Virus record (IMG/VR): IMGVR_UViG_3300007734_000720
Location: 1-51,071 of that record
Length of the DNA: 51,071 nt
Direction: 5' to 3' (one strand)
Source of the DNA: a virus
Taxonomy: Duplodnaviria; Caudoviricetes
In this document: positions 19,051 through 26,383 of the stretch, piece by piece
Layout: each line of letters starts with the position of its first letter
Position numbering within the stretch: the stretch's first letter is position 1
Notes under the pieces: generated by a model
Seen by the model: the letters and a program-made list of their open reading frames with translations, nothing else
Told to the model about the DNA's origin: nothing
The model's database searches: none
Program-made: the position numbers and the translations under genes

Positions 19051-20519
19051 TTCTGCTTTCGTTGTCCTACTGCAACGGTGGCTGCACCTGCAGCAACCGC
19101 TATAAGCGTCCTACGGCTGTGTACGGGGATATTCGAGCCTGTTGGGACGTAGTCACCCAAACCGTCATCAAAGATGTTTATGGTCTTTTCAAACGCCTTA
19201 CGCACGCTCACGGGAGCGGACTGGACCGCTTCAACCAAAGCATCCAGTTGAGTGTTATCTAATTCGGTTACATCAATAGTGGCAAAGATTTCCTCTGCTT
19301 GTTCTGAGGTGACAACCGCAAGCACATCTGGGTTGGATGCCAATTCTGTTGCTTGCTCTGGTGTTACTGCGGTAGCAAGAATTTGCTCAATTAGTGCTAC
19401 CGCTTCTTCAGGTTCTAAGTCTGCAATAGATTCCACAACCATGTCAAACTGTTCTTCAGTCAAAGACACATCTTCACTGGCATCTTCTAGGGCTTGGACA
19501 AGTTCAGGTGGTAGTTCCGCAATCAACTCAATTGGTAAGGTTGCAGGAGGCTCAGGCATTGTGTCTGATGGCAATTCAATTGTGTCAGGTGGTCCTGGCA
19601 GTTCACCGACAAACGGTAGCGTTTGCGGTGGCTCAATAGTAGGGTATGTGTCCACAGGGAATGGCATTGTGTCTACAATGTAGGGGGGTAGTTCTAATGT
19701 TTCTGGTGGAAATGTTTCAATCTCTGGTAGGACAGGCACTGTCTCTGGCGAGTCTGGTTCAACTATTTGTGGCAGAGGAACCGTTGCTGGCGGGTCTGGC
19801 ATTGTCGGCTCTGGTGGGTATGTGGAGATTGTTTGAAGTGTCGTAGTAGTTGAGAGGTCTGTCACAGGAACAGTCCCATAAGGTGCAATAGTAGAAGTGG
19901 TTGTCGTTGTAGTCGTGGAAGTTGTTGTGGTCCATGATGTTGTTGTCTCCTGAATAGTTGTTACTGGACTATCGGTTGTGGTCGTAACCGACACCTGGCT
20001 ATCGGTAGTGAAAGCCTCATCGGGCACAATCTCCCATCCCTGATTGTTGATGTTCCAAGCGAGCATTATGCACGTCGAGCCGCCATCTTCGTACATCCAC
20101 AAGTCAAGTGGTTGGCTGCCTGCACTAATGTCTATCTCGCCTGATGCCATCCATGAGCAACCCTGGTCGCTCCAGTTGCCCCAGTCGTTGCCGTCGATGT
20201 CAATGATGCCACCATCATCTGAAGCCAACCAAAACTCAATGGTGTCATGTTCGGGTATCTGAATGAAGCCTGTCATGTGAACCATGAACAAATCAACGGT
20301 GCAGTTCTCAAACGGTTCACCGTTATACGAACGGTTGATGTTATTTTCCACTTCACTACCGCAAACGGTATAGATGTCATCTGACCGTGTGGGAGGTACA
20401 GTATCTATTGCGTAATAAGTAGCCTGTAGCCCTACTATTGGTTCAGCGTTGGCTTGCGGCGCAAACAACGCCAAGATTGCTACTGGCGCAAATATTAGCC
20501 AACAAGAATAACGGCTCAT
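19047..20519 (-). CDS. Secreted/anchored PA14-domain protein with Thr/Pro-rich stalk
   Basis: Signal peptide ending ANA, GLQATYY...FMVHMTGFIQIP...LASDDG PA14 motifs, poly-Thr and P/E/T linker, hydrophobic plus basic C-terminus; start likely 20519. Confidence 0.8.
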   Translation of the reverse strand: MSRYSCWLIFAPVAILALFAPQANAEPIVGLQATYYAIDTVPPTRSDDIYTVCGSEVENNINRSYNGEPFENCTVDLFMVHMTGFIQIPEHDTIEFWLASDDGGIIDIDGNDWGNWSDQGCSWMASGEIDISAGSQPLDLWMYEDGGSTCIMLAWNINNQGWEIVPDEAFTTDSQVSVTTTTDSPVTTIQETTTSWTTTTSTTTTTTTSTIAPYGTVPVTDLSTTTTLQTISTYPPEPTMPDPPATVPLPQIVEPDSPETVPVLPEIETFPPETLELPPYIVDTMPFPVDTYPTIEPPQTLPFVGELPGPPDTIELPSDTMPEPPATLPIELIAELPPELVQALEDASEDVSLTEEQFDMVVESIADLEPEEAVALIEQILATAVTPEQATELASNPDVLAVVTSEQAEEIFATIDVTELDNTQLDALVEAVQSAPVSVRKAFEKTINIFDDGLGDYVPTGSNIPVHSRRTLIAVAAGAATVAVGQRKQK

Positions 20520-21136
20520 ACAAAATTGTTGCCAACAACCCACACAACCAAAGACTTTCTTGTGCCCTTAATCATTGGTGTTACTCTATGGAAAATATAA
20601 GAAGGAAAAACAATTACAGAACCTTGTTTCATGTTTATTTTATTTGCCTTGTGTTCACCGTCTGTATTCAACTCAAAGTTCCCACCTTCAAAATTTGTTT
20701 CATCAGATAACAGAATAGACAAACTTAATTTTCTTGTTAAACAAACATCTGGAATATATTTTGTATCTTTAGATTTGTCACCAAAAATTAAATCTGTATG
20801 CCAATCATATTTGTCCTGTGTTTGTGAATAGTACTCTGCATACTGAATAGATTCGTAACCAATTAAGTTCATTCTAAAATATGATGAATTAACATATTCA
20901 ATAAAATGATTAATCTTTTCAAAAATCCAACTGTTTTCTTTTGTTGGAAACAAAAAATCATTTCTTGATTTTCTTACATCAATTGGATTTGATGCAAAAT
21001 TTACAGATGGTTTTACTTTAAGTGTTTTTCCGCACAAATCAATAATTTGTTGACACTCATCTTTTGTAAATACTGATTCTGAAAATACATGCGACCAAGA
21101 GTGCACATGATTTGTTAATCCTTGATTTAACAGCAC
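20516..21136 (-). CDS. 2OG-Fe(II) oxygenase (PKHD/prolyl-hydroxylase-like)
   Basis: YDWHTD, RKLS, FEGG, FPS...HRVTP...GTRKSLVVW. Confidence 0.92.
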   Translation of the reverse strand: MLLNQGLTNHVHSWSHVFSESVFTKDECQQIIDLCGKTLKVKPSVNFASNPIDVRKSRNDFLFPTKENSWIFEKINHFIEYVNSSYFRMNLIGYESIQYAEYYSQTQDKYDWHTDLIFGDKSKDTKYIPDVCLTRKLSLSILLSDETNFEGGNFELNTDGEHKANKINMKQGSVIVFPSYIFHRVTPMIKGTRKSLVVWVVGNNFV

Positions 21137-21158
21137 AAGACGCTACCTTCCTTGTTTG

Positions 21159-21512
21159 TTAATCAGTATATAATACCCATTCTTGATTTATTTCGTTCCA
21201 CCAGTAATTACCATCAGGTTTTGATACTGGTGGTTCCCAATCATGGTTTTCGTTTAATATCCATGTAGGAAAAGGCTTTGTTTTTACAAATACATCTGAA
21301 ATAGAATCATAAGTAAATCCAGCATAAGGATATTGCTTTCGGAAATTATTGTTATACGAACATTGTTTCCACTGACCGTCAAAACCAAGGGAACCAATAA
21401 ACACTTGTCCAACTGGTTCACTTGCGGGAAAAGTTCCACCACCACAATTGTCGTTTGCAACAACAATTATGTTTGTTACAACATTATTTTCTATGAGTGC
21501 AAAATGTGCCAT
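21159..21512 (-). CDS. Tail-fibre-associated protein (117 aa)
   Basis: MAHFA...VV...WKQCSYN..FRK.Y pattern that I recall following Gly-rich fibre genes. Confidence 0.7.
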   Translation of the reverse strand: MAHFALIENNVVTNIIVVANDNCGGGTFPASEPVGQVFIGSLGFDGQWKQCSYNNNFRKQYPYAGFTYDSISDVFVKTKPFPTWILNENHDWEPPVSKPDGNYWWNEINQEWVLYTD

Positions 21513-22315
21513 TACAGTATAAAACTTCCCGAACCAGTAAATCTATAAACATGATAACCGCCAGCATTTGAGTATGTTGCTCCGCTATTTGTAGTGGCTT
21601 GGTCATAAGTGTTTGACCAATACACCTCTACAGCACCACTACCGCCGCCACCTTGACCTCCACTAACCCCAGAAGCCCCACCTCCTCCACCATAACCAGT
21701 GTTTGCACCACCAGCACCACCACTAGCACCTGCGCCACCACCTGCATAATAAACAGTGTTGTTTACTCCGTATGCACCTGAACCACCACCTGAGCGACCA
21801 CCAGCACTACCTATTCCACCACCACCACCTGCGCCTCCTGGGCCACCAGAACCACCATTATTTCCAGTTACACCATCTCCAGAACCAGCACCACCACCCG
21901 AGCCACCACCGTCATACGAACCACCACCACCAGATGCTCCACCGTTTCCAGCGCCATTATTTGTTCCACCACTTCCACCACCACCAGAACTAGGTGCGCC
22001 AGTCAAGGTTGATGTTCCACCTGCTCCAGCAACACCTACTGTGTAAGTTGAGCCAGGTGTCATAACAACTCCAGAACCACTGCGATAGCCACCTGCACCA
22101 CCACCACCACCTGCGGAACTAGGTGCACCAGGAGGTGTTCCAGCACCGCCTGAACCTCCACCACCTACAACAACATACGAGTAACTTGGTGCGGGATTAG
22201 CGGCAGGAGTTCCAATCCACAAAGAATTTATGTTGCCACTAGACGAACGCCTAGAACGAGGTGCAAGCGTAGTGCTTAGAACTTTACCAGTTCTGTTACG
22301 AATCTGCTGTGGCAT
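21512..22315 (-). CDS. Glycine-rich tail fibre / receptor-binding protein
   Basis: VVVGGGGSGG...GGGGGAGGY, YYAGGGAG, GSGAVEV and YHVYRFTGSGSF. Confidence 0.8.
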   Translation of the reverse strand: MPQQIRNRTGKVLSTTLAPRSRRSSSGNINSLWIGTPAANPAPSYSYVVVGGGGSGGAGTPPGAPSSAGGGGGAGGYRSGSGVVMTPGSTYTVGVAGAGGTSTLTGAPSSGGGGSGGTNNGAGNGGASGGGGSYDGGGSGGGAGSGDGVTGNNGGSGGPGGAGGGGGIGSAGGRSGGGSGAYGVNNTVYYAGGGAGASGGAGGANTGYGGGGGASGVSGGQGGGGSGAVEVYWSNTYDQATTNSGATYSNAGGYHVYRFTGSGSFIL

Positions 22316-22317
22316 TG

Positions 22318-22692
22318 TTACGCCGTAATGCGGTTAACAAATCCAAAAATGCTAACAACACTGGCTGTACCAGCAAACGCTGTAATGACCTTCGGTGTTG
22401 TATTGCCTTGCAATGGAATACCAGCACAAATCAAATACATACCACTAGGTGAAAGTGCAAGTGAAGTCTGAATCTTGTCTTTTGCTGCAACGCCACCAAA
22501 CTCAATTGTCAAAGTAACAGCCGAAGAATGAGTGTTGTTTGCATACAACCAAACCTCATCAATTGTAGTAGCCACGTTTGCACCCGTATGAATGGTTGTG
22601 CCAAGTGTTGCGGTTGCAACAACAAGCGTACCCAGACCTGTGCCTGTAGTCATCGTTGTTGGTTGGAATGCTATCTTGCTAAATGTTGCCAT
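22318..22692 (-). CDS. Tail-associated adaptor-like protein (124 aa)
   Basis: Beta-rich, DEVWLYA motif, in fibre cluster. Confidence 0.65.
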   Translation of the reverse strand: MATFSKIAFQPTTMTTGTGLGTLVVATATLGTTIHTGANVATTIDEVWLYANNTHSSAVTLTIEFGGVAAKDKIQTSLALSPSGMYLICAGIPLQGNTTPKVITAFAGTASVVSIFGFVNRITA

Positions 22693-22713
22693 ATCTATAT
22701 AACCTTTCGTTCC
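22693..22713 (-). promoter_or_regulatory. Putative late promoter box
   Basis: GGAAC-GAAAGGTTA-TATAGAT-ATG. Confidence 0.65.
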
Positions 22714-22726
22714 CTAGGTAGGGATA

Positions 22727-23128
22727 TTAACTAAAAACTATTCCAGACAAAACGTACTGGTCACCTTGTGGGTTGGCAAATGCTGTAGTAGCCACCTGTG
22801 TGCTGGAGGTGCCATCTGCAGCCGTAGGCGCAGCAGGAGTACCAGTAAAAGTAGGGCTAGCAAGCAATGCATAACCTGCAGCGTTAACCCAAGCCGTACC
22901 ATTCCACTTCAACAAATCACCCGTAGCAGCACTAGTAATGGTGACATCTGCAATGTCATCCAAGGCAGCCACATCAAAAACAGCCAAACCACCCAAATAT
23001 GTACCAAGATTCAACGCCGTAATCTTCTTGGTTGTAGGTGTACCCGTAGTGTCCACAACAATAGGGAAAATGTCGGCATCCACAACAGATGTGGTTGCCG
23101 TTAACGCAGTAATCTTCTTATCAGCCAT
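22727..23128 (-). CDS. Fibre-like structural protein (133 aa)
   Basis: MADKKITAL N-terminus, LDDIADV...GDLLKWNGTAWVN, LASPTFTGTPAAPT fibre repeat. Confidence 0.75.
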   Translation of the reverse strand: MADKKITALTATTSVVDADIFPIVVDTTGTPTTKKITALNLGTYLGGLAVFDVAALDDIADVTITSAATGDLLKWNGTAWVNAAGYALLASPTFTGTPAAPTAADGTSSTQVATTAFANPQGDQYVLSGIVFS

Positions 23129-23417
23129 TACCTGTCTCCAATAAAATGTAGTCCTCTGTCTCTAAGAGCAAGTCGTCACCTAATTCTTGTTCCAAGTTAG
23201 AAATTAAAAAGTCGTGGTCTCCCCAAAACGTGTTAGCCAAGTCACCAAGCGTGTCGCCAGTAGCACCACCAGCAAGATACACGGTGCTTTGTAGTGTGCC
23301 TCGATACCCAAGTCCCTTGTCAGACCAGTAGGCATACAACAAGTCACCTAGTGTCTGTCCGGCTGTTGGGTAGAGCACAGCCAACTCACGAAACATTGCA
23401 TCGTTAGTCGTCGCCAT
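23121..23417 (-). CDS. Small structural-region protein (98 aa)
   Basis: Internal repeat G.TLGDL...(Y/F)W twice; C-terminal LLLETEDYILLE. Confidence 0.7.
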   Translation of the reverse strand: MATTNDAMFRELAVLYPTAGQTLGDLLYAYWSDKGLGYRGTLQSTVYLAGGATGDTLGDLANTFWGDHDFLISNLEQELGDDLLLETEDYILLETGNG

Positions 23418-23541
23418 AATCCCTCAATTCAAACGTCACCATCTTCTTTTCGTAGTCATCTACGCCACAAGTTGGACAAACCCAATTAGTTACCTGAGGA
23501 GGATACTCCTCACCACAATCAGGGCAGGTCAACAAAATCAA
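23404..23541 (-). CDS. CPxCG zinc-finger mini-protein (45 aa), missing from ORF track
   Basis: TTG start overlapping the terS stop; CPDCG...CPTCG. Confidence 0.7.
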   Translation of the reverse strand: MILLTCPDCGEEYPPQVTNWVCPTCGVDDYEKKMVTFELRDYGDD

Positions 23542-23978
23542 ACTACAGCCTTCAAATGATTACGATTAGCCTTCTCACGTTCTGCGATAGTGGCAATCAA
23601 CGAATCCAATTCGGCATCCGTCAAATCCACTGTCTTCTTATTAGAGCTAATCGTTACTGATGGCGGAGCCATCCGATTAGTCGCTTTCAAATACAGTTCA
23701 GCGGATTTGGTATCACCTTCCAGGGCCTTGTTGTACAGGTTGTCCAGAAGCTTCTGGGTTCGCTCTGGCGAACCCTGAATGTCATCTACCTGTGTCTTCC
23801 ATCGACTACGGAAAATGTCTTTCTTTTCCCACCTACGCATCGTTGATATATCAACTGTGTTCTCCAACGCATACTTGTTCTTAGAAGCTGGCACACGCTC
23901 CGACGGAGCGGTGCACAGCCAATCCAAATACTTCTCCTGCGCTGCAGTAAGGGTCATCTCTTCGTTTTGTTTCATCAT
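23538..23978 (-). CDS. terS: Terminase small subunit (HTH)
   Basis: N-terminal HTH (VDISTMRRWEK), LYNKALEGDTKSAELYL, DLTDAELD; first gene of the late operon. Confidence 0.7.
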   Translation of the reverse strand: MMKQNEEMTLTAAQEKYLDWLCTAPSERVPASKNKYALENTVDISTMRRWEKKDIFRSRWKTQVDDIQGSPERTQKLLDNLYNKALEGDTKSAELYLKATNRMAPPSVTISSNKKTVDLTDAELDSLIATIAEREKANRNHLKAVV

Positions 23979-23997
23979 CTAAAGGTGCGTTTGTTAC
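23976..23997 (-). promoter_or_regulatory. Putative late promoter box upstream of terS
   Basis: GTAAC-AAACGCACC-TTTAGAT-G-ATG (second Met, 23975). Confidence 0.6.
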
Positions 23998-23999
23998 AC

Positions 24000-24030
24000 C
24001 ACTGTGAGTGGTTATGTACTCACTGTGAGT
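24000..24030. repeat. CACTGTGAGT twice, 21 nt apart; second copy within palindrome ACTCAC-T-GTGAGT
   Basis: 24000-24009 and 24021-24030, between divergent late boxes. Confidence 0.8.
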
Positions 24031-24033
24031 TAG

Positions 24034-24054
24034 GTAACGAACAAATGTAACAGT
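24034..24054 (+). promoter_or_regulatory. Putative divergent late promoter box
   Basis: GTAAC-GAACAAATG-TAACAGT facing the 24166 gene. Confidence 0.5.
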
Positions 24055-24063
24055 ACCAGGGGG

Positions 24064-24109
24064 GAGCGGAACACCGTGAGCGACCCAAGAGCGGAACACC
24101 CAGAGCTAC
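24064..24109 (+). repeat. Imperfect 21-nt direct repeat
   Basis: GAGCGGAACACCGTGAGCGAC (24064-24084) and GAGCGGAACACCCAGAGCTAC (24089-24109). Confidence 0.8.
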
Positions 24110-24121
24110 TAGAAGAGAAAC

Positions 24122-24142
24122 GCAATCACCTTCGGTGATTGC
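24122..24142 (+). promoter_or_regulatory. Perfect 9-bp hairpin
   Basis: GCAATCACC-TTC-GGTGATTGC upstream of SD and ATG 24166. Confidence 0.6.
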
Positions 24143-24165
24143 TGAATACACAAGGTAGGAAAGCA

Positions 24166-24483
24166 ATGGCAACAAGCAAAAAAGACTCACGAATCACACG
24201 GGCAGGAGTAGCCGGTTTCAACAAACCCAAAGCAACTCCAGGACACCCAACCAAATCCCACATTGTTGTGGCTAAATCTGCTGGTCAAATAAAAACTATT
24301 CGTTTTGGTCAACAAGGTGTCAAAACCAACCAAACCGCAGGACAACGAGAAGCCTTCAAATCTCGCCACGCCAAAAACATTTCCAAAGGACCAATGAGTG
24401 CCGCCTACTGGGCAAACAAAGTTAAATGGTCTTCATCAAAAACAGCCCAACCAAACAACAAAAAATGGGTTAAAGGTTCATGA
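24166..24483 (+). CDS. Basic phage protein
   Basis: ATG 24166 with AGGA SD; KSH.V......K.IRFGQQG...FK.RH...SAAYWA; Lys-rich. Confidence 0.8.
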   Translation: MATSKKDSRITRAGVAGFNKPKATPGHPTKSHIVVAKSAGQIKTIRFGQQGVKTNQTAGQREAFKSRHAKNISKGPMSAAYWANKVKWSSSKTAQPNNKKWVKGS

Positions 24484-24875
24484 CATACACCAACCCCTCG
24501 CTTCGAAACAAAATCAAAAACCGAGTAATGGCAGGAACCCAAGGTGGCAACGCAGGACAATGGTCTGCCCGCAAAGCCCAACTAGTAGCACAAAAATACA
24601 AGGCTGCAGGTGGCGGATACTCTGGTGCAAAGACCAGCAAACAAGAATCCCTGTCCAAATGGACTAAAGAAAAGTGGACAACCAAGTCAGGTAAACCATC
24701 CACCCAAGGACCCAAAGCAACAGGTGAACGCTACCTACCAAAGAAAGCTATTGAAAGCTTGTCATCTGCTGAATACGCTAAGACCACTGCTGCCAAACGT
24801 AAAGGCACCAAGTCAGGTCAACAGTTCGTCAAGCAACCAACAAAGATTGCAAACAAGACCAAAAACTACAGATAG
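24480..24875 (+). CDS. Basic phage protein, DUF5872-like
   Basis: GQWSARKAQL..QKYK..GGGY, SL.KWTKEKW.TKSGK, ERYLP. Confidence 0.8.
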   Translation: MTYTNPSLRNKIKNRVMAGTQGGNAGQWSARKAQLVAQKYKAAGGGYSGAKTSKQESLSKWTKEKWTTKSGKPSTQGPKATGERYLPKKAIESLSSAEYAKTTAAKRKGTKSGQQFVKQPTKIANKTKNYR

Positions 24876-24980
24876 TTTTCATATTATTTTTAGTTAAGGT
24901 ACCCTATTGTTTAGGTACCCCCCCTATGTTTTGGTAATCACGCTCTCGCCCTGAGCAGATACCATCCTTTTACTAGAGTA

Positions 24981-25006
24981 CCCCCACCCCCCCCCTACTC
25001 CCCCCC
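24981..25006. repeat. Poly-C tract (G-rich on minus strand)
   Basis: C5-A-C9-TACT-C7; another C7 at 24918-24924. Confidence 0.9.
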
Positions 25007-25173
25007 TTGTGTGCTCACACCAGCATCGCCTTGCGACGCTTGGTGTCCCGAGCCCTGTGCCCCCCACTGCGACTCAGAGAGAGCCTCTCGTCCGTAGTAC
25101 TCGGGTAAACCACTCTAAGTGGTCGCCCCTATCCTCTAGTGCCAACACCAGACCCTAGACCTACTGATAAACC

Positions 25174-25208
25174 ATAATTTCTCTCTACCGCTTCGCGAGA
25201 GAAATTAT
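25174..25208 (+). promoter_or_regulatory. Early-region hairpin A
   Basis: ATAATTTCTCTC / GAGAGAAATTAT 12-bp stem; loop contains GCTTCGC. Confidence 0.65.
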
Positions 25209-25242
25209 TCACTGATTAGAACCCAAACCGAAAGAAGGGCTT

Positions 25243-25503
25243 ATGGCTTCTGTGGTAAATAAAAGAAATGTACCCACTGGTGTTGCCAGCGTGTACATAG
25301 GTCGCCCCAGTAAGTGGGGCAACCCGTTCCCCTTGTATGGGGAACAGTTTAGAGATGAAGTTATTGCTCAATATGAGCAATACCTTCTGAATTCACCAGA
25401 ATTGCTAGCGCAATTAGGTGAATTGAAAGGGCAAGATTTGGTGTGCTGGTGTGCGCCAAAAGCCTGCCATGGTGACATCCTTCTACGCCTTGCCAACGAA
25501 TGA
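25243..25503 (+). CDS. DUF4326 family protein
   Basis: VYIGRPSKWGNPF...LKGQDLVCWCAPKACHGDIL. Confidence 0.9.
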   Translation: MASVVNKRNVPTGVASVYIGRPSKWGNPFPLYGEQFRDEVIAQYEQYLLNSPELLAQLGELKGQDLVCWCAPKACHGDILLRLANE

Positions 25504-25660
25504 GTTGGCAGGGCTAGAAGTTGTAAGTGTTAGAGAGTGGTTGTGTGACTGCGTTCCACCCGCAATATGTCAGTTCCTGTTCCGTCGGGGCTGAGACCAC
25601 TCTCTTTCAAGTTCCATAAACAAAACAAACCGTGGTGAAAGCCACAGAAAGGGGTCAGTC

Positions 25661-25834
25661 ATGAGTGCTTTGAATAGCCATGATGACGACTTCATCAATG
25701 AATGTGCCGAACACTTCCATAAACAGGCTAACGCCTCGTTTATGGACGACTTGTCATCGCTTGCCGATGACAACCCAGAAAACATGGTGATATTGGTCAG
25801 GTTCATACTTGACCCAACATCCCAACTGTTCTAA
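25661..25834 (+). CDS. Small acidic early protein (57 aa), missing from ORF track
   Basis: GAAAGGGG SD, MSALNSHDDDFINECAEHFH... Confidence 0.7.
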   Translation: MSALNSHDDDFINECAEHFHKQANASFMDDLSSLADDNPENMVILVRFILDPTSQLF

Positions 25835-25851
25835 CCAACACGGTTAGTTGA

Positions 25852-25892
25852 GAGCACACAAACCCTGAACCCCTTGCGGGGTTTGTGTGTTC
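25852..25892 (+). promoter_or_regulatory. Early-region hairpin B
   Basis: GAGCACACAAACCC / GGGTTTGTGTGTTC stem with one G-U pair. Confidence 0.6.
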
Positions 25893-25935
25893 AATTACCC
25901 ACCGTGGGTAGATATGAATAACTAAGGAGAGTTCA

Positions 25936-26154
25936 ATGCGTGGATTACCAACATATTGTGAACAGCGTGGGTTGCTGGTTGAGTTATGGTTCTCGTCACC
26001 AAACGGTGACAGTTCCGACAGTCACATCGTACAAATGTGCTGTGAGACAACTCAACAGGCTTCCGACTTGTGCGCAACTTGGAATATCATCATCAAGAAT
26101 GTCAACGAAGTTGTTGTTGCGGGAACAATTCGTCCCCTCATCAGGCTTTCATAA
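25936..26154 (+). CDS. Hypothetical early protein (72 aa)
   Basis: AAGGAG SD; TAATG coupling to next gene. Confidence 0.7.
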   Translation: MRGLPTYCEQRGLLVELWFSSPNGDSSDSHIVQMCCETTQQASDLCATWNIIIKNVNEVVVAGTIRPLIRLS

Positions 26155-26315
26155 TGATTGTCACCAACTTTTGGGGCGTGTTTACTGTGTTACTCGCCTC
26201 TCATCTAGTCGCTGTACTCTTCGCCTGCGTGGCAGGCTACGAGTACGGACTAGACCATCCAGAACCAGAAACCGATACAGATGTCCCGTGGAAATTTGTT
26301 GACGGGATTAGATAA
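26154..26315 (+). CDS. Small single-TM early protein (53 aa)
   Basis: ATG 26154 overlapping upstream stop; hydrophobic N-terminal half. Confidence 0.6.
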   Translation: MIVTNFWGVFTVLLASHLVAVLFACVAGYEYGLDHPEPETDTDVPWKFVDGIR

Positions 26316-26324
26316 CAAACATGT

Positions 26325-26364
26325 GTTTCACTTGCTCGCCCGTTTCCGTGCGAGCAAGTGAAAC
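26325..26364 (+). promoter_or_regulatory. Early-region hairpin C
   Basis: Perfect 15-bp stem GTTTCACTTGCTCGC / GCGAGCAAGTGAAAC, 19 nt before ATG 26384. Confidence 0.65.
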
Positions 26365-26383
26365 CCTCTAACGAAAGGTAAGT

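Noticed and set aside
21756-22046. Pro-rich and His-rich plus-strand ORFs
   Set aside because: Antisense reflection of GGT/GGA glycine codons in the fibre gene
19047-23417. Diversity-generating retroelement or invertible tail-fibre switch
   Set aside because: No reverse transcriptase, recombinase, template/variable repeat pair or flanking inverted repeats seen
25532-25605. tRNA or hammerhead ribozyme
   Set aside because: No T-loop GTTCRA or cloverleaf; no CUGANGA/GAAA catalytic core on either strand
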